Positions 63,313-64,000 of a DNA stretch of 64,000 nt are shown here, piece after piece (positions within the stretch are counted from its first letter, which is position 1; the number at the start of each line of letters is the position of its first letter). Below the pieces are notes generated by a model that saw only the letters and a list, made by a program, of their open reading frames with translations, was not told the origin of the DNA and did no database searches. The position numbers were made by a program, and so were the translations under genes. The DNA is from Selaginella moellendorffii (taxonomy: Eukaryota; Plantae; Lycopodiophyta): positions 789,334 to 853,333 of the forward strand of contig NW_003314343.1 in NCBI RefSeq assembly GCF_000143415.4. Reading direction: 5' to 3'.

Positions 63313-64000
63313 TAAATATTCTAGAATACTTTACTATCTAATGGTTGTTATTTATTTAGATTAATCTTGTATTTATAAATTGTAAACATGTTTCTAATTA
63401 TAAACTTCCATTTGATTAATTGGATTAATATATAGGAATAACACTACTACTAAGCAAATCAAGTGTTGTTGTGTATAACATATTATTATTGACTTAAGCT
63501 ATATAATTAAACAGCAAATCAAGTTTTAAAATTTACATACTTATATTTTCTCAAATTAAATAAATTTATGTAGCCCTTTTCCTTGAAGGGGATTAAAATA
63601 GATTATTCTTTCAGAATATTTTTTAATATTTTTTGGATGAATGAATATTCCAAATGTGATGAATTTCTTTATCCATTTTGTTAGTGTATATTTTTTATAT
63701 TCCATTTTTCTCTTACCACCTCTTTGATATGGCAATGAATATAATTGTGTATATTTGTTATAACGCTTAAATTATCTATCATATGTAGATTTATTGTTTG
63801 TTTTGAGTTGCATACAAAGATATTATGCACACAATCACTTTTTAATTGCTATATTAGCAATCAAAATGTGATTATGTATATAATATTTTTGTAGTGGGAT
63901 ATACCCTATATACATGGCATGACATCATAATCTCAAACAGCATGAAGTCACCACAAATTTAACAATCACTTTTTTGTCTTGTATCATTGAATGCAAATTT
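63313..64000. repeat. Start of a fourth left-type inverted-repeat arm, running off the window
   Basis: tgctctacgaacagctctcttgtgtgTAAATATTCTAGAATAC..., the same junction as at 39577, 49539 and 53489. Confidence 0.88.

Overview
Eukaryotic land-plant genomic DNA. Dense genes with very short (~50-70 bp) GT-AG introns and many PLS-type PPR fragments suggest a lycophyte such as Selaginella (inference). The left half (1-37.9 kb) holds conserved genes: HCF173, NO VEIN, a BT1 folate/biopterin transporter, an EF-hand EEP-family phosphatase, PRP6/STA1 and SAHH. It also holds pseudogene debris, a decayed Ty3/gypsy element with a nested TRIM-like insertion (perfect 5-bp TSD), a CxC-rich orphan ORF, and a chimeric gene joining an ACBP4/5-like Kelch propeller to an intronless Crinkler(CRN)-like tail. 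The right half (38-64 kb) is a tandem array of a composite cassette, with the two full copies ~14.76 kb apart. Each cassette runs: degenerate gene X, long AT-rich inverted-repeat arm, PPR fragment, secreted pre-pro-knottin gene, opposite arm, bHLH-MYC N-terminal-only gene, and a CRN-like gene (header, NLS, PD-(D/E)xK nuclease-like domain, atypical kinase). The best candidate for an undescribed system is this set of CRN-like effector modules coupled to captured host domains and co-amplified with a diversifying cystine-knot peptide. All family assignments come from motif recognition by eye; no searches were run.
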